64,000 bases of DNA. It comes from Octopus sinensis. Lineage: Eukaryota. Positions within the stretch are counted from its first letter, which is position 1. Every line of letters begins with the position of its first letter. The stretch spans positions 100,936,001 to 101,000,000 of the forward strand of contig NC_042998.1 in assembly GCF_006345805.1 (NCBI RefSeq), written 5' to 3'. Shown in pieces: positions 13,090 to 25,400 of the stretch. Below the pieces are notes generated by a model that saw only the letters and a list, made by a program, of their open reading frames with translations, did not search any database and had not been told where the DNA came from. A program made the translations under genes and the position numbers.

Positions 13090-13432
13090 GTCATCATCAT
13101 CTTCATCATCATTTAATGTCTGTTGTCCATGCTGGCATTGGTTGTGTGGTTTACTATTTGATCCCTCTGTGTGGTATCTTCTATTATAACCTAGAGCTGA
13201 TCAATATCTCATCATCATCATCATCATCCTTTAATGCCTGTTTTCCATGTTGGCACGGATTGGACAGTTTGACTGAAGATGCCAAGCTGGAGAGCTGCAC
13301 CAGGTACCAGTCGGATTTTAGTTTCTGTGGCTGGATGTCCTTCGTAATGCCAAAGTGCATGCTGGATGCTTTTAAGATGGTATCGCATGAACACTTTTAT
13401 GTGGCACTGGCACAAGTGCTTTTTACATGGCA
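13090..13432 (-). mobile_element. Two adjacent degenerate family-A fragments
   Basis: Two (CAT)n tails (13090, 13210), each followed by ttaatg.ctg...ccatg.tggca. Confidence 0.6.
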
Positions 13433-13509
13433 TCTACTAAATGAAATCTGTTAAATGGAAATTGTGCGGAAGCTCAGTAAAAGGTGTACACATTATCGCT
13501 CACATTTTT

Positions 13510-13648
13510 GTAAATGCAATGCTTCTCAGCTATATGGTTCTGGATTCAGTGCCATTACATGGCACCTTGGGCATGTGTCTTCTACTATAACCTCTGGCCA
13601 TCCAAAACCTTGTGAGTGAATTTGGTAGAGAGAAACTGAAAGAAGTTC

Positions 13649-13741
<93 letters not shown>

Positions 13742-14045
13742 TTATAAATGAGGGTGAAAAATTGATATTAATTTAATAATACCATTAATTTAACACCGAG
13801 TGGCTTAGCACAAAAAAACTAGGGAGAAAATACAAATTTATACATAAATTATTAGAGAGTTACCACTATGTGGATAGCTCTAGTGCAATGTGTGTGTTTG
13901 TGTTTGCCCCCCCCCCACTGCTTGGTGTGTTTACATCCCCATAACCTAATAGTTTGGCAAAAGAGACTGATACAATAAGTACCACGTTTTAAAAAGATAA
14001 GTACTGAGGTCAGTTCATTTGACAAAAAATTCTTCACGGCTGCAC
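13510..14045 (+). mobile_element. CORE-type SINE (family B) with an insertion in its internal microsatellite
   Basis: Head and CORE-like ggcaccttgggcatgtgtcttctactata at 13560, (TA)n plus a foreign ~150-bp piece, then the 3' body ending aaacaagtaaaag. Confidence 0.7.
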
Positions 14046-14049
14046 TAAA

Positions 14050-14535
14050 ACAAGTAAAAGATAAAAGATCTGATCCTCTGCCCCTATCCCCCTCACCTGT
14101 TCCCCCCCCGTATCCATCATATTCACCTCTTGTATCTTGAGGTAATGTCCTGACAAAATATCACCACCACCATCTTCTCTCCTTTTCCATCTTGGTCGCC
14201 ATAGATCTCCTCTACAGCAAGACACCTGATCCTATCCCTTTGTCAGACTGTTGCCTCTCAACACTTGGTGTAAGCCACCTCCCTCAATAATACACCCTAC
14301 TTCATTCAAGGAATCTTGTTTTGTGAGCTGCTTGGTGATGTTGCAAATGTCAATGACATGAAAAAGCACGCAAACCCACTGTAAAGTGGTTAGCTTTAGG
14401 AAAGGCATCCAACTGTAGAAATCATGTGAAAACAGACATTGAAGCCCAATACAGTCCTCTGACCTGTTGGATCCTGTCAAACCATCCTACTCATGCCAGC
14501 ATGGAATATGGACACTAAATGATGATAATCATGAT
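14050..14535. mobile_element. RTE remnants (minus-strand ORF end ~14050-14300; plus-strand family-A UTR ~14385-14535)
   Basis: aggaaaggcatccaactgtagaaa...catgccagcatggaa...atgatgat on the + strand, and degenerate GDLWR on the - strand. Confidence 0.55.
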
Positions 14536-16176
14536 AAAGGCAGAATTTACTTAGGAATAATTTAGACTTTAGAGGGACAATATTGAATTGTTTAAAACTT
14601 GTATATTAATTAAATATATTTGCCAACTTACAAGTTTGGTATCAGTAATATATTAAAGTAATCATTCAGCTGGTTAAAATCCCTCTCTCTTCAAAAGATG
14701 GTCTTGATATCAAACAGAAGAACTAATTATTATGTGGGGTTATTCGTTTTCTGTTAAACATCTGAAGTATTTCTATGCCAGTGGGTGATGGTGGTTGATG
14801 GTAGTGCTTGTGGTATTGGGGTCAAATTCCTCTTTTGACAAAACTATGGACTCCTCCCTTCTTTGTTGAATATGTACAAAGATTTGACTATAATCTCTTT
14901 TCTTTCTTATATGCAAATTTGATACCAGTTTTCTTTTTTTGCTTGTTTCCTTAGCAATTAAAAATAATAAAGAAATAACAAGAACAACAATTTTGTTTAA
15001 CAAGATTGTTAAAGATATGTTAAAGATATTTATCAGGGTCTTTATATGTCTGGAGCACATCCCTATCAAAAAATCTACTGGTCATTATGCAAACAAGGCT
15101 AAAATAAAATAAAATCAACACAAAACACTACTCCCCCATCGACCACCACACATCAACTTATTATTTATGATATTAATTGTTATATTTCCTTTCTGTTTCT
15201 ATTTGTTTATTTCTTTACATGTGTGTTCATTTTTTCGTTTCCTTCAGTTTCCCTTCCATCTCATTTGTTCTTTTTCCGGTAAAACTCTTTTTCGAATTTT
15301 GTTTCTTCATTTCTCACAGATATATATGACTATTTCACTCTGTTTTTCTCAGGACCCTTATAACATTTTCCTATTCTCCCCTCACCCCTTCCTTTTTAAT
15401 ACTCCCAGAAATATAAATAACAAAAAAAAAAAGCCCCCAAAATTGTCTAAAGTGTAATTTATTCCCAGATTAGAAAAGAAAGAAAAAAGATATTTTTCTT
15501 CTTTTAAATACAATTAAAATGAAAAATAAAACCCACACTCATCTCAAATTAAATTATAAAATAAAAATCTGATTATCAGTAACAACAATAACAACAAACA
15601 GTGTAGTGAAAAAGTGGCCAGAAACCAGGGCTCCCAAAATGTACTGCTACCCTGTTTTTCTTCTTTTCCAAATGTAGGTCAGAGATGGAAGTTGTCATAA
15701 TGCTTAGCTCATGTGGCCCCTTGGGAGTTTTTTGTGGGTTGCCAAGTCTTATACACTAGCCCCTTTTAGCACTATCAATAAGATTCTCTGTGATTTTATC
15801 CCCCACTTTCTCATTCCCAGTTTTAACTACTTCTGTGCTATTTCAGGGTGGCTGGATGGCAAATTAAATAAATAAAATAGGACTGGCAAAAATGGGCCCA
15901 TTGAGGTGATTGAGTTGGTTGACACCTCACACTTGCAATGTCTTCTTTAAGTCTCTTTGATAAAGAAAAAAAAAAGAAAAAGAAAAAACAACAACAAACC
16001 TTTGCTTTTACTCTATAGTTCTCAACTATATTTTTAAACAAAGTCTCTCGATTAAATAACGAACCTTATTGCTATCATTATAGTACCAGCAAATCTAAAT
16101 ATACTGAAGACCAAATCTTGTTTTGCAAAAATCAAATCTGAGCCACTACTACTGCTGCAGTTGCTGCTGCTGCTGC

Positions 16177-16179
<3 letters not shown>

Positions 16180-16207
<28 letters not shown>

Positions 16208-16950
16208 TATGGTTTCAAGTTTTGGCACAAAGCCAGCAATTTTGGAAGAGGGGTTAAGTTGATAACATTGATCCCATTGATAACATTGATCCATTGATTC
16301 ACTGATACTTAATTTATTGACCCCAAAAGGATGAAAGGCATAGGTGGGATTTGAACTCACAAGATGGATGAAATGCCATTATGCATTTTGCTTGTCATGG
16401 TAACAATTCTGTCAGCTGCTGCTGCTGCTGCTGCTGCTGCTTCTTCTTCTTCTTCTTCTTCTTCTTCTTCTTCTTCTTCTTCTTCTTCTCTTCTTCTTCT
16501 CCTCCTCCTCCTCCTCCTCCTCCTCCTCCAATAATAATAATAATGATAATAATAATGGTTTCCAAAGAAGGCATAAGGCCAGCAGTTTTGTGAGGAGGGT
16601 GATTGTTGATTATATCAACCCTAGTACTTGACAGGCAATTTATTTTATGAATTCCCGAGTGGTGAAACACTAAGTTGATCTCAGTGTGGTTTGAACCATG
16701 AATGCAAAGAGCTGGAGGGAATACCACAAGGCATTTTTCTGGTACTCTAATGGGTTCTACTGATTCTCTACCTTAATAACCATAATTATTGCTTGTTATG
16801 TAGGCACACGGCTAGACATTTGGGGGAAGGGCTTAGTCGATTACCCCAATTTTTGACTGGTATTATAATTCACTGAACCTGGTGGGATTTGAACTCAGAA
16901 TGTAAAACTGGAAGAAATGCCGCTGAGCATTTTGTCCAGCATACTAATGC
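16180..16950 (-). mobile_element. Three tandem family-C SINEs separated by compound microsatellites
   Basis: Repeated (AAT)n-ggtttc...ggcacaa.gcc...ccccaaaaggatgaaaggc...gatttgaactc units, with (TGC)n(TTC)n(TCC)n(ATA)n at 16415-16555. Confidence 0.75.
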
Positions 16951-17363
16951 AAAAAGAGAAAATATTTATTCTAATTGTTTCTAGCATAGACATAAGGCTT
17001 GAAATTTCTTGCAAATGTTTGAATTTGCAAAGCTAAATGAGATGTGCTAATGTCTGTACATGTATGTATGCAGGCACATATGTATGGGTGTGGGTGTGTG
17101 TGTGTGTGTGTGTGTGTGTTTGTGCATGCACAGGCCTGTATATGTAGATGTGTGAGTACATGCATGCATGTATGTATATGTATGTATATCCAGAAACAAT
17201 TTTTTTCTCTGTTTTCTTTCTTCATTTCTTTCTGTCGAAGAACAGGCTTGAGATGTCAAAGAGTTTTCCATTTTTCCTTAGTGTCAAATTAATATACTTT
17301 GTTTGTTTTTCCTTCACTTGTCTCTGTCTTTTCTTTTTTGTACATTTGAACCGTATGTATATA

Positions 17364-17396
<33 letters not shown>

Positions 17397-17398
17397 GT

Positions 17399-17704
17399 GG
17401 AGGCACAATGGCCCAGTGGTTAGGGTAGCGGACTCGCGGTCGGCGGATCGCGGTTTCGATTCCCAGACCGGGCGTTGTGTGTGTTTATTGAGCGAAAACA
17501 CCTAAAAAGCTCCATGAGGCTCCGGCAGTGGGTGGTGATCCCTGCTGTACTCTTTCACCACTGTTTCTCCCACTCTTTCCTCTGTTAGCCTGCTTGCTTA
17601 GCCAGCGGGGTGGCGTCATTCAAAGGCTAAAACAATGCGAACGCATTGTGACCAGCGATGTGTAACAACATCTGATGGTCTGGTCGGTCACATAATCACG
17701 TGAT
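17399..17704 (+). mobile_element. tRNA-derived SINE (family D)
   Basis: A box tggcccagtgg, B box ggtttcgattcc, then ttgagcgaaaacacctaaaaagctcc and a tail ending cacgtgat. CpG-rich, so probably young. It continues ~230 bp past the tRNA-like part, so it is not a tRNA gene. Confidence 0.8.
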
Positions 17705-17724
17705 ATATATATATATGGAGTAGA

Positions 17725-17828
17725 TAAGATCCAGGCTACATATGTTTCATAGCAAGCAGAATCTTGCAAGTGGTAAATATCCAGGTGATGTGTATACCAC
17801 AGACTACTCATCAGGTCAAGGATATCTT
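17725..17828 (-). ncRNA. Type I hammerhead ribozyme motif (mirror copy)
   Basis: tcatcag at 17808-17814, tttc at 17745-17748 and tac at 17737-17739 form the reverse complement of the right-arm motif. Confidence 0.7.
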
Positions 17829-18210
17829 GATTAAATGAAAGTTTACATTGTCACAAGAAGGTACATGTTAAAACATAGAAAATTTAAATTATACCGTGAA
17901 ATATAAAAAGAACGTTTTTAAGTTTATCGTACTGCAATAGGAAAAAGTCCACAACCTTCCATCTCAATAAACCATTATTGTCCCTGAAAGTTGTTTTTTT
18001 ATATTTACTATGGATTGCTTGAAGCTAACTTTCTTCCCACACCTTGATCCTTTCAGGGACAATAATGGTTTATTGAGATGGAAGGTTGTGGACTTTTCCT
18101 ATTGCAGTACGATAAACTGAAAAACGCTCTTTTTATATTTCACGGTATAATTTGAATCTTCTATGTTTTAACTTGTACCTTCTTGTGACAATGTAAACTT
18201 TCATTTAATC

Positions 18211-18313
18211 AAGATATCCTTGACCTGATGAGTAGCCTGTGGTATACACATCACCTGGATATTTACCACTTGCAAGATTCTGCTTGCTATGAAACATATG
18301 TAGCCTGGATCTT
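18211..18313 (+). ncRNA. Type I hammerhead ribozyme motif with expanded stem II
   Basis: CTGATGA 18225-18231; stem II gtagc/gctat; GAAA 18291-18294; palindromic stem III acatatgt; GTA cleavage triplet ending 18302. Proximal stem I is imperfect. Confidence 0.7.
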
Positions 18314-18434
18314 ATCTACTCCATTCTGTAACTCTTGTGTGTGTATGTGTGTATATATACATATATAAATTTTATTTCGTAATGAGATAAAAAACCAAGG
18401 CTGTGTAGATTTTAGGACATTTATATATAGAAGG

Positions 18435-18481
18435 TCTTACAGCTGTTTCCAGGATATTTATTATATCCCTTCATCGGAGAT
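18435..18481 (-). ncRNA. Minimal Penelope-type hammerhead variant
   Basis: Minus strand: atct-CCGATGA-a-gggatat(aataa)atatcct-g-GAAA-cagctg-TA-agac. Palindromic stem III; U4C core variant. Confidence 0.5.
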
Positions 18482-18841
18482 GATGTGAGAGAATAGTTAA
18501 GAAATAGCTAATTTAGATAAGATATAAAATAGAGGGTGAGGTGGAGGAAATAAAAGAAAATAGGTGTGAGATATGTAAGGATATTGCATTTGTAGATCCA
18601 TTTTTTTAGGCAGAATGGTATACATATAATATTCCAGTACCTTATGAGTAAAATCCAATAGAATTTAAAATTGGTCATTGCAATACGTGATTGTAATTAA
18701 CTGCAGATGATAAGATTTTTAGTATAATTAATCTACAGAGGTTAGAAAAAAATGAAAAAAAAAATGTTAAAACTCTTCAAAAAGAGAAAATTCATTTATT
18801 ATGCATTTGCTATACCAAAGTTTTTTTTTATTCTCTTTCAG

Positions 18842-18937
18842 GTTCCCATGTTGGTTATGGCAATGGATTTTATCATTTGATGTTTGGAGAATTTCTTAAA
18901 GAATCAGTTCCCCTCTGAAGTCCTGATGATAAAACAG
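18842..18937 (+). other. Possible 5'-UTR exon of the zinc-finger gene
   Basis: Strong polypyrimidine tract + AG at 18840-18841 and a weak donor CAG|GTGTAT at 18938. Contains a short upstream ORF (MLVMAMDFII*). Confidence 0.3.
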
Positions 18938-19125
18938 GTGTATATGTACTCGTATGTATATGTGGTCTCTACAGTTCCCATGGAGTTACAATGGTCACTT
19001 GAATCTCTTACTCTTTTTCGCGACTCGTTTTTTCTCAACAAAAAATATTGTTGAGATTGTTGCTGGCAACATATTACCATAGAAATTTGAGATTATATTT
19101 GTCAGCTAGTAGCACAAAAAAAAAG

Positions 19126-19158
<33 letters not shown>

Positions 19159-19452
19159 GAGAAGAAAAATAACAAAAAACAAAACAAAAATAAAAAAAAA
19201 GCATTTATTTATTTATTTATATATTGATCCTAAATCACCAATTTTTATGTTACTCCTATTTATTTATTTATTGATGTGATCAACAATGGTTGTAGTTTAA
19301 GAGTTATTCCTGTGAAATGCTCACGACAACTTGCTAAAGAAAAAAATTATTTATTTATTTATGATTCTTTTTCTCCAAAATATATTTTGGAACTAGATGT
19401 TTCTCTTTATAATTTAAATTGTTTTAAATGAATGAAATGAAATGGTATAAAA

Positions 19453-22400
19453 ATGGCATCTTCTCCCAAGAAAAAGGTCTCCTTCAGAGCAGGTGAATCT
19501 CCTCGTTTGTACAAATGTACGTTTTGTACCAAGACGTTTAATGTCCATGGAAATTTGATTAAACACACACGTACACATACTGGTGAAAGACCATTCAGGT
19601 GCTATATCTGTGAAAAAGCTTTTGCTAATCCTAGCAACCTCACACGTCATAAACGCTTACACACAGGGGACAGGCCATATATATGTACGTTTTGCCAGAA
19701 GACTTTTCGTGCATCATCAAATCTAAGGGAACACCTGAAAAGCCATCTTGGGGATTCAACTTTTACCTGCCAACATTGTGAAAGCTCGTTTACTGTTTTT
19801 GCTGAGTATAGTTTACACATGGAGGAACATTTTGAAACAGCTTCTCGTCTGCTCTTTGGTAGCTCTACAATGGCACTATCTTCTGCAGTATCTCAGAACA
19901 CTTTTGAGAAAAAAGAGAAGAGAAATAAGACATTGAAAGAGTCTTCCTCATTAAGTTACGTTTCCCCTGAGGGTGTCCAAGAAAAGAGTTCATCAAATTT
20001 GAAGAGTAATCATGTGGAAAGGAACTTGGAAAAAGGTGATTGCAAGATGCAATTAGATTTAGTTATTCCAGAAGATTCCAACTTACTGAATTCTCAAAAA
20101 GATTTACTTTTTAGTGTTGAAAGTAGCCAGAACAACACCAGTTGTTCTGATGTGTCTCTTCTTTCATCTTCTAGTTATCAAGATATGGAGGTAAAAACTA
20201 ATGCAAATCTTCAATATTCAGAAGAAAAAGATCTCATCACTAAAGTGCCTGTTTCCAAAGAAGGCATGGAAATGGTAAACTATCTCTCAGAAAGCTTTAA
20301 TGAATACAAGGCTGGTACTTGTATTGATATTGTAGATCTTAATAAAGAACCTCAGATTCGACAGCCACCTACATTGTCTGAGATAGATTATCAGACTGTT
20401 GGTTCCAGTAAAACTAACTTGTTGACTGGTAGATCAAAAGGAAAACAGTGGAATTTTTGCTCAACTGAAGAGGATCAGTCAGCTTTGGATATTTCTAAGA
20501 AAGATCTGGAAAATCTGTCAGAAAATGTAAATTCTGGATATTGCCTTGATTTCAGGGATGAATCAACATGTACATTAGATGAGCTTTCACACAAATTAAC
20601 ACAGTGTTTCTACTGCCAGAGAATATTCAGTTCTGATGATCAAGTTAAAGACTGTGATGATTCCTCTAAAGATCATCCATGTTGTGGAACATGTAATAAG
20701 ACTCAAACAGGCAGTGCTTGGTTGTTGTCAAATTCTACCAGTGTCAAGAAATCATTCAAATGTTTGTTTTGTCAGAATGAATTTACTGATTCAATTGAAC
20801 TTAATCAGCACTCTTGTATCATGGATGTTAATGATAAAAGATACAATCAATATTTCAAGAATTCAAAATCAACAACAGATTGTTTTGCAAAAGACAGTAT
20901 AAAAACTTCAACTAGTTTTATTGATTCTTGTTTTGAAAAGGTTTTGCTTGAAAATCAAATGGATAATGCTCTAAGTTCAAAGGATATCCAGTTAGATAAT
21001 GTACTGAACATCAGTACAGTTCAGATGGATAACATTCACGGTGGCAAGAACAGCCAGTTAGGAATTGTTCAGAACTGTAAAAACAGCCAGTTGGATAGTA
21101 CTGATGGCTCAAATGATATCCAATTAGATAGCATACAAAGCTCAATTTTGGATAACTTTAGGGATATCCAACATTTGAATGCACTGAGTGAGTCAAATAA
21201 GCACTCAGAATCATCTGTTAAAGATTTGTCTGCATCAGAGAACTTCTATAGTTTGATTAAAAAAGGTAACATGCTTGAGGAAAGACTTCACAGTACTGCC
21301 ACAAAATATTTGAAAGAAACAGTAAATTCTCCAAAATCAGGTGAGGATAGTGATAAAGATTCTGATGATGTAATCATTGTTAATGACATGTTGCAAACAT
21401 TATCAAACAATGAAAAGATTATTCAAGACAAGGATAACAGTAGTGGTTTTATTTTTGATAGGGTACACTCCCCGGCTCAGAATCTTAACTATGACAGCAT
21501 ACTTTTATACAAATCTTCCAAAAATTTAAATTCCCATGCTGAAATTCAGGGTAGTGAAAATAATTTAACTAATTTTACCTCAACTCAAATCTCTGGCAAG
21601 AAACAGAAAGAAACATTAAATAAGAAAAATAAATTGAGTATTACTAGTTTAGTAAAGAATGTTAGCACTAAACATGACAAGAAATTAAAAACAGAATCTG
21701 TATCACACCCAAAAATTCACAAGTGCCGCTATTGTGATAAAGTCTTTACTGTTCATGGGAACTTGATCAAACACATACGTATCCATACAGGAGAAAAACC
21801 ATTCCAATGTGCACTTTGTACTGCGGCCTTCGCTAACCCAAGTAATTTAACTCGTCATGTACGAATACATACAGGAGAAAAACCTTACAAGTGTACTTAT
21901 TGTGACAGGAGTTTCCGAGACTCCTCAAGCTTAATGAGCCATCATCAAACCCATCTAAAATATCCACTGAAAAATTTTTCTCGCAATAAGAAACCTTCCA
22001 AAAATGCTTCTGCAAAACCTAGCCCGAAAATTAATCATAAACAGAAAAAAAATGTTGATGAGAAAATTGAAAAGACTCTTTCATCTTCAAAAGTTAATTT
22101 TGATAGCAATAATGCCAAATTATTCTGGCCTCAAGAATTGTCTTCGATGCATACGAAAGGAAATGATGGTTTGAACAAGCGGAGGAAAAACAACCAGTTA
22201 GAAACTGTTGATTTAGATTCTTTTAGTGATGCTGAAAGTAATGAAAGAGAAGTAGCTGCTGGTTCTGATAAACTAATACCAGATAAAATTAAAATGTACA
22301 AAAGTAATAATAGTAGTAGTAGTACTACTACTACTATTACTACAAATGTAACAACTGCTACTGCTGGTGGTAATGAAAATTCAGTAAAGCTTAATGGGTC

Positions 22401-25400
22401 CCAAAGACCAGGTGGTCTTAGTACGAGACTTAATAATTATTCTCCTATTTTAATTGAATGTCACTCAGAAACTACTGAAGATTTGAAGAATGGAAATGGT
22501 AACAATTCAAATGGCTTCAAAGCTGATGAAATTCTTAAGCAGTCAGACTTCAATGGTTCTACCAAAATTATCAATTCAACTAGTTTAGATGCTGCAGACA
22601 AGAAAAAATGTTCGAGAGCTCAAAATAATAGTGTGGTTCTAAAATCCACAGATCTCAATGGTGATAAAAATGTAAAATCTAAAGGACGTCGGTTACACAC
22701 TTGTATTTACTGTAGCAAAAGCTTCACAGTCCATAGTAATCTTATCAAGCATATACGCATACATACTGGTGAGAAACCATTTAAATGCCAGCTCTGCGAA
22801 AAGGCTTTTGCAAATCCAAGCAACATGACTCGTCATCTCCGAGTTCATACAATAGAACCTTCTTATAAATGTACAGCATGTCCTCGTACATTCCGTGCAC
22901 CAAACAATTTGAAAGTACATATGAGTCTTCATACACAATCAAGTACTGTACAGAAAGTTTGTTTCATTTGTCAAGCAGTGTATGCTCGGAAAAAAGAACT
23001 GGTAAATCATTTAAAAATTCATACTACAATGGAAAACACAGACTATTCTAATGATTATAATTCTGATTCAAACGAATGCCTGAGTATATCCTTACCATCT
23101 CCACAAACCTCAAATCCTCAGAGCATTCAATTTCCTTTTATTAAACAAGGATTCATGCAGAAAACTCAGTCAGGTTGTAATTCTTCCCAGCATGATGGTG
23201 TCGTTGAGGTTTCTAAAGTTAATGTGGCTTCAAATAGCCTTGATTTAGCCAGTCTAAACCTAAAAAATATACCAAGTAATAAATCAAGCTCTAAATTATC
23301 AGGTCCCTCTGTGAAACTACATAATTCTGATTCTTTAGAGGTAAATCCAATGGTTAAGAAGGTCTTTTCTGAAGGTTTTCCCCAAAGCGATGAATTCTGT
23401 GAGCTTCCTGAAAATTTAAATGAATCAGATGCTGAAAATGAACATTTTCTCTCTCAAAGTCCCAGACCAGGTTTGACAGTGATGGATTCAAATGATAATT
23501 CTAAAGCAAGCTATTCTGATGTTTGTGTTGAAAATGTTGATGATGAGGAATCTAAACTATATAATGAGAGCCCTGTAAAGCTGTCCAAATCTGAGCAGGT
23601 TATACTGATTGAAGAGAGATTTTCCAAGGAAGATTTCTTAACTTTACCTTATGGAAATTCTCATATTGAAGTTGAAAATGTAAGTAGCAATTGCAATTCA
23701 CCTTATAAAAGTGAAGAAATCAATGTAAACATTCAATCACTATCTTCAGAGAATGAAATGCATAATAGTTCCGACTTTGAGATGAAATCCACAAAACGTA
23801 AAGCTACTAAACGAAAGACTCATCGTAAACAGCATAGTTGTAAATTTTGTGGCAGAGGTTTCCCTTCTCGATGCAACTTAATTAAACACATACGAACACA
23901 TACCGGAGAAAAACCTTTTAGATGCAAGTGCTGTCGAGCTTCCTTTGCTAATCCCAGCAATTTAACCAGACATGTTAGAACACATACGGGGGAAAAACCT
24001 TACCCATGTCCTCATTGTCCTAAATCATTTCGAGCATCATCAACACTTAAACATCATATATATACACATGCTAAATGTAATTCATACAAATGTCGCTTTT
24101 GTTCAAAAGTATATTCCATTTTTAGTAAATTCAAACTGCATCTTTTAACTCACTCTAAATCTTCTGCCAAATCCAAATGTATTGTTGAAGATCATTCCAT
24201 ACCTTCTCAAGCATTTCTACCTCCAGTTTCAAAATCTGTAGATAAAAAAATACCAAAAAAAATACCAGAAAATGCCTCGGATCCTTCTGAAAGCTCTCAC
24301 CATATCAATAGATATCTGCTTGATCAAGAACTGCAACCATCTCAAGCTAGTTTTATCAAGAATGAAGAAGTATTAGGGTTTAAAAATAGTAAAGAGATAG
24401 CTTTCTCTGATGAAGTTGAAATCAGTGCAGCTCACAATGATTTATCAAAAAACAGCTTAGATCATTATTCTTTCTTCTCAGAAAATGCAGTTTCTTCTTA
24501 TGCAGGCAAAAGAACTGGGGCCAAAAAACAGAAGCGCAGAGCAAAAACAAATAGCATTGAACTCAATGAAGCTGAGAATCGAAGTTCTTTCTGGTCTCAG
24601 TTTCCAAGTGAAACTTCTACACCTCGTAAAAGGAAAGCAATTCACAAGTGTAATTATTGTGAGAAAGCCTTCACAGTGTCTAGTAATTTACGGAAACATG
24701 TACGCACTCACACAGGAGAAAAGCCATTCATGTGTAGGTTTTGTTCCAGACCTTTTGCTAATCCTAGTAATCTTATTCGACATGAACGCATCCATACAGG
24801 TGAAAAACCCTACATATGCAATTTTTGTCCACAACATTTTGCTGCATCTAGCAGTCTAAAAGAACATATAAAGAGACACACAGCAGTATCAGGAAATGAC
24901 GATTCTCTCCTTTTAGCTGACATTGACATACCAACTTCTTATGGCAGGAAACAGAGTGCTGTAAGTGTTGTAACAGAAAATGATCTGCTCCATGACAAGA
25001 CTGCTGAACTCAGTGCCAATATTAAATATGAAAACGATTATTCTGAATCAGAGCAAGAGATTATAGATGATTGTTTAAATGTAAACACATGTGCTTTAGA
25101 GTCGACAGAATGTTCTTCAGCCGAAACAGAGAAGAATAAGGAAAGCCCTAATATTATACATAGCGTACTCAATCCTTTGACTGTTGTCAGTGACAATAAT
25201 TTAGCTATAGAAAATATTAAACAGGTGAGATATAAAGATGGACAGATTAATGGAGAAAACCTTGCCGGAGATGTGTCATCAGTGTCTTTGACTCTTCACC
25301 AGGGATTAAAAGACACTGAGAAAAGCATAAAATTTGAGGAAGAGCAGGAAAACTCTTCTTGCCATCCTGATAAGGGATCTAAGAATTTGTCCAATGTTAA

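Larger units (their letters stand above)
17715..18324. mobile_element. Fold-back element: 276/275-bp inverted arms, 59-bp spacer, Penelope-like terminal repeat
   Basis: 17715-17990 is the reverse complement of 18050-18324 with only a handful of differences. Each arm contains a hammerhead motif. Confidence 0.9.

Noticed and set aside
17399-17470. tRNA-like sequences (also 10905, 38854-39000, 56781, 62441)
   Set aside because: Imperfect stems, no proper acceptor stem or terminator, and continuity with repeated bodies show they are SINE heads, not tRNA genes.
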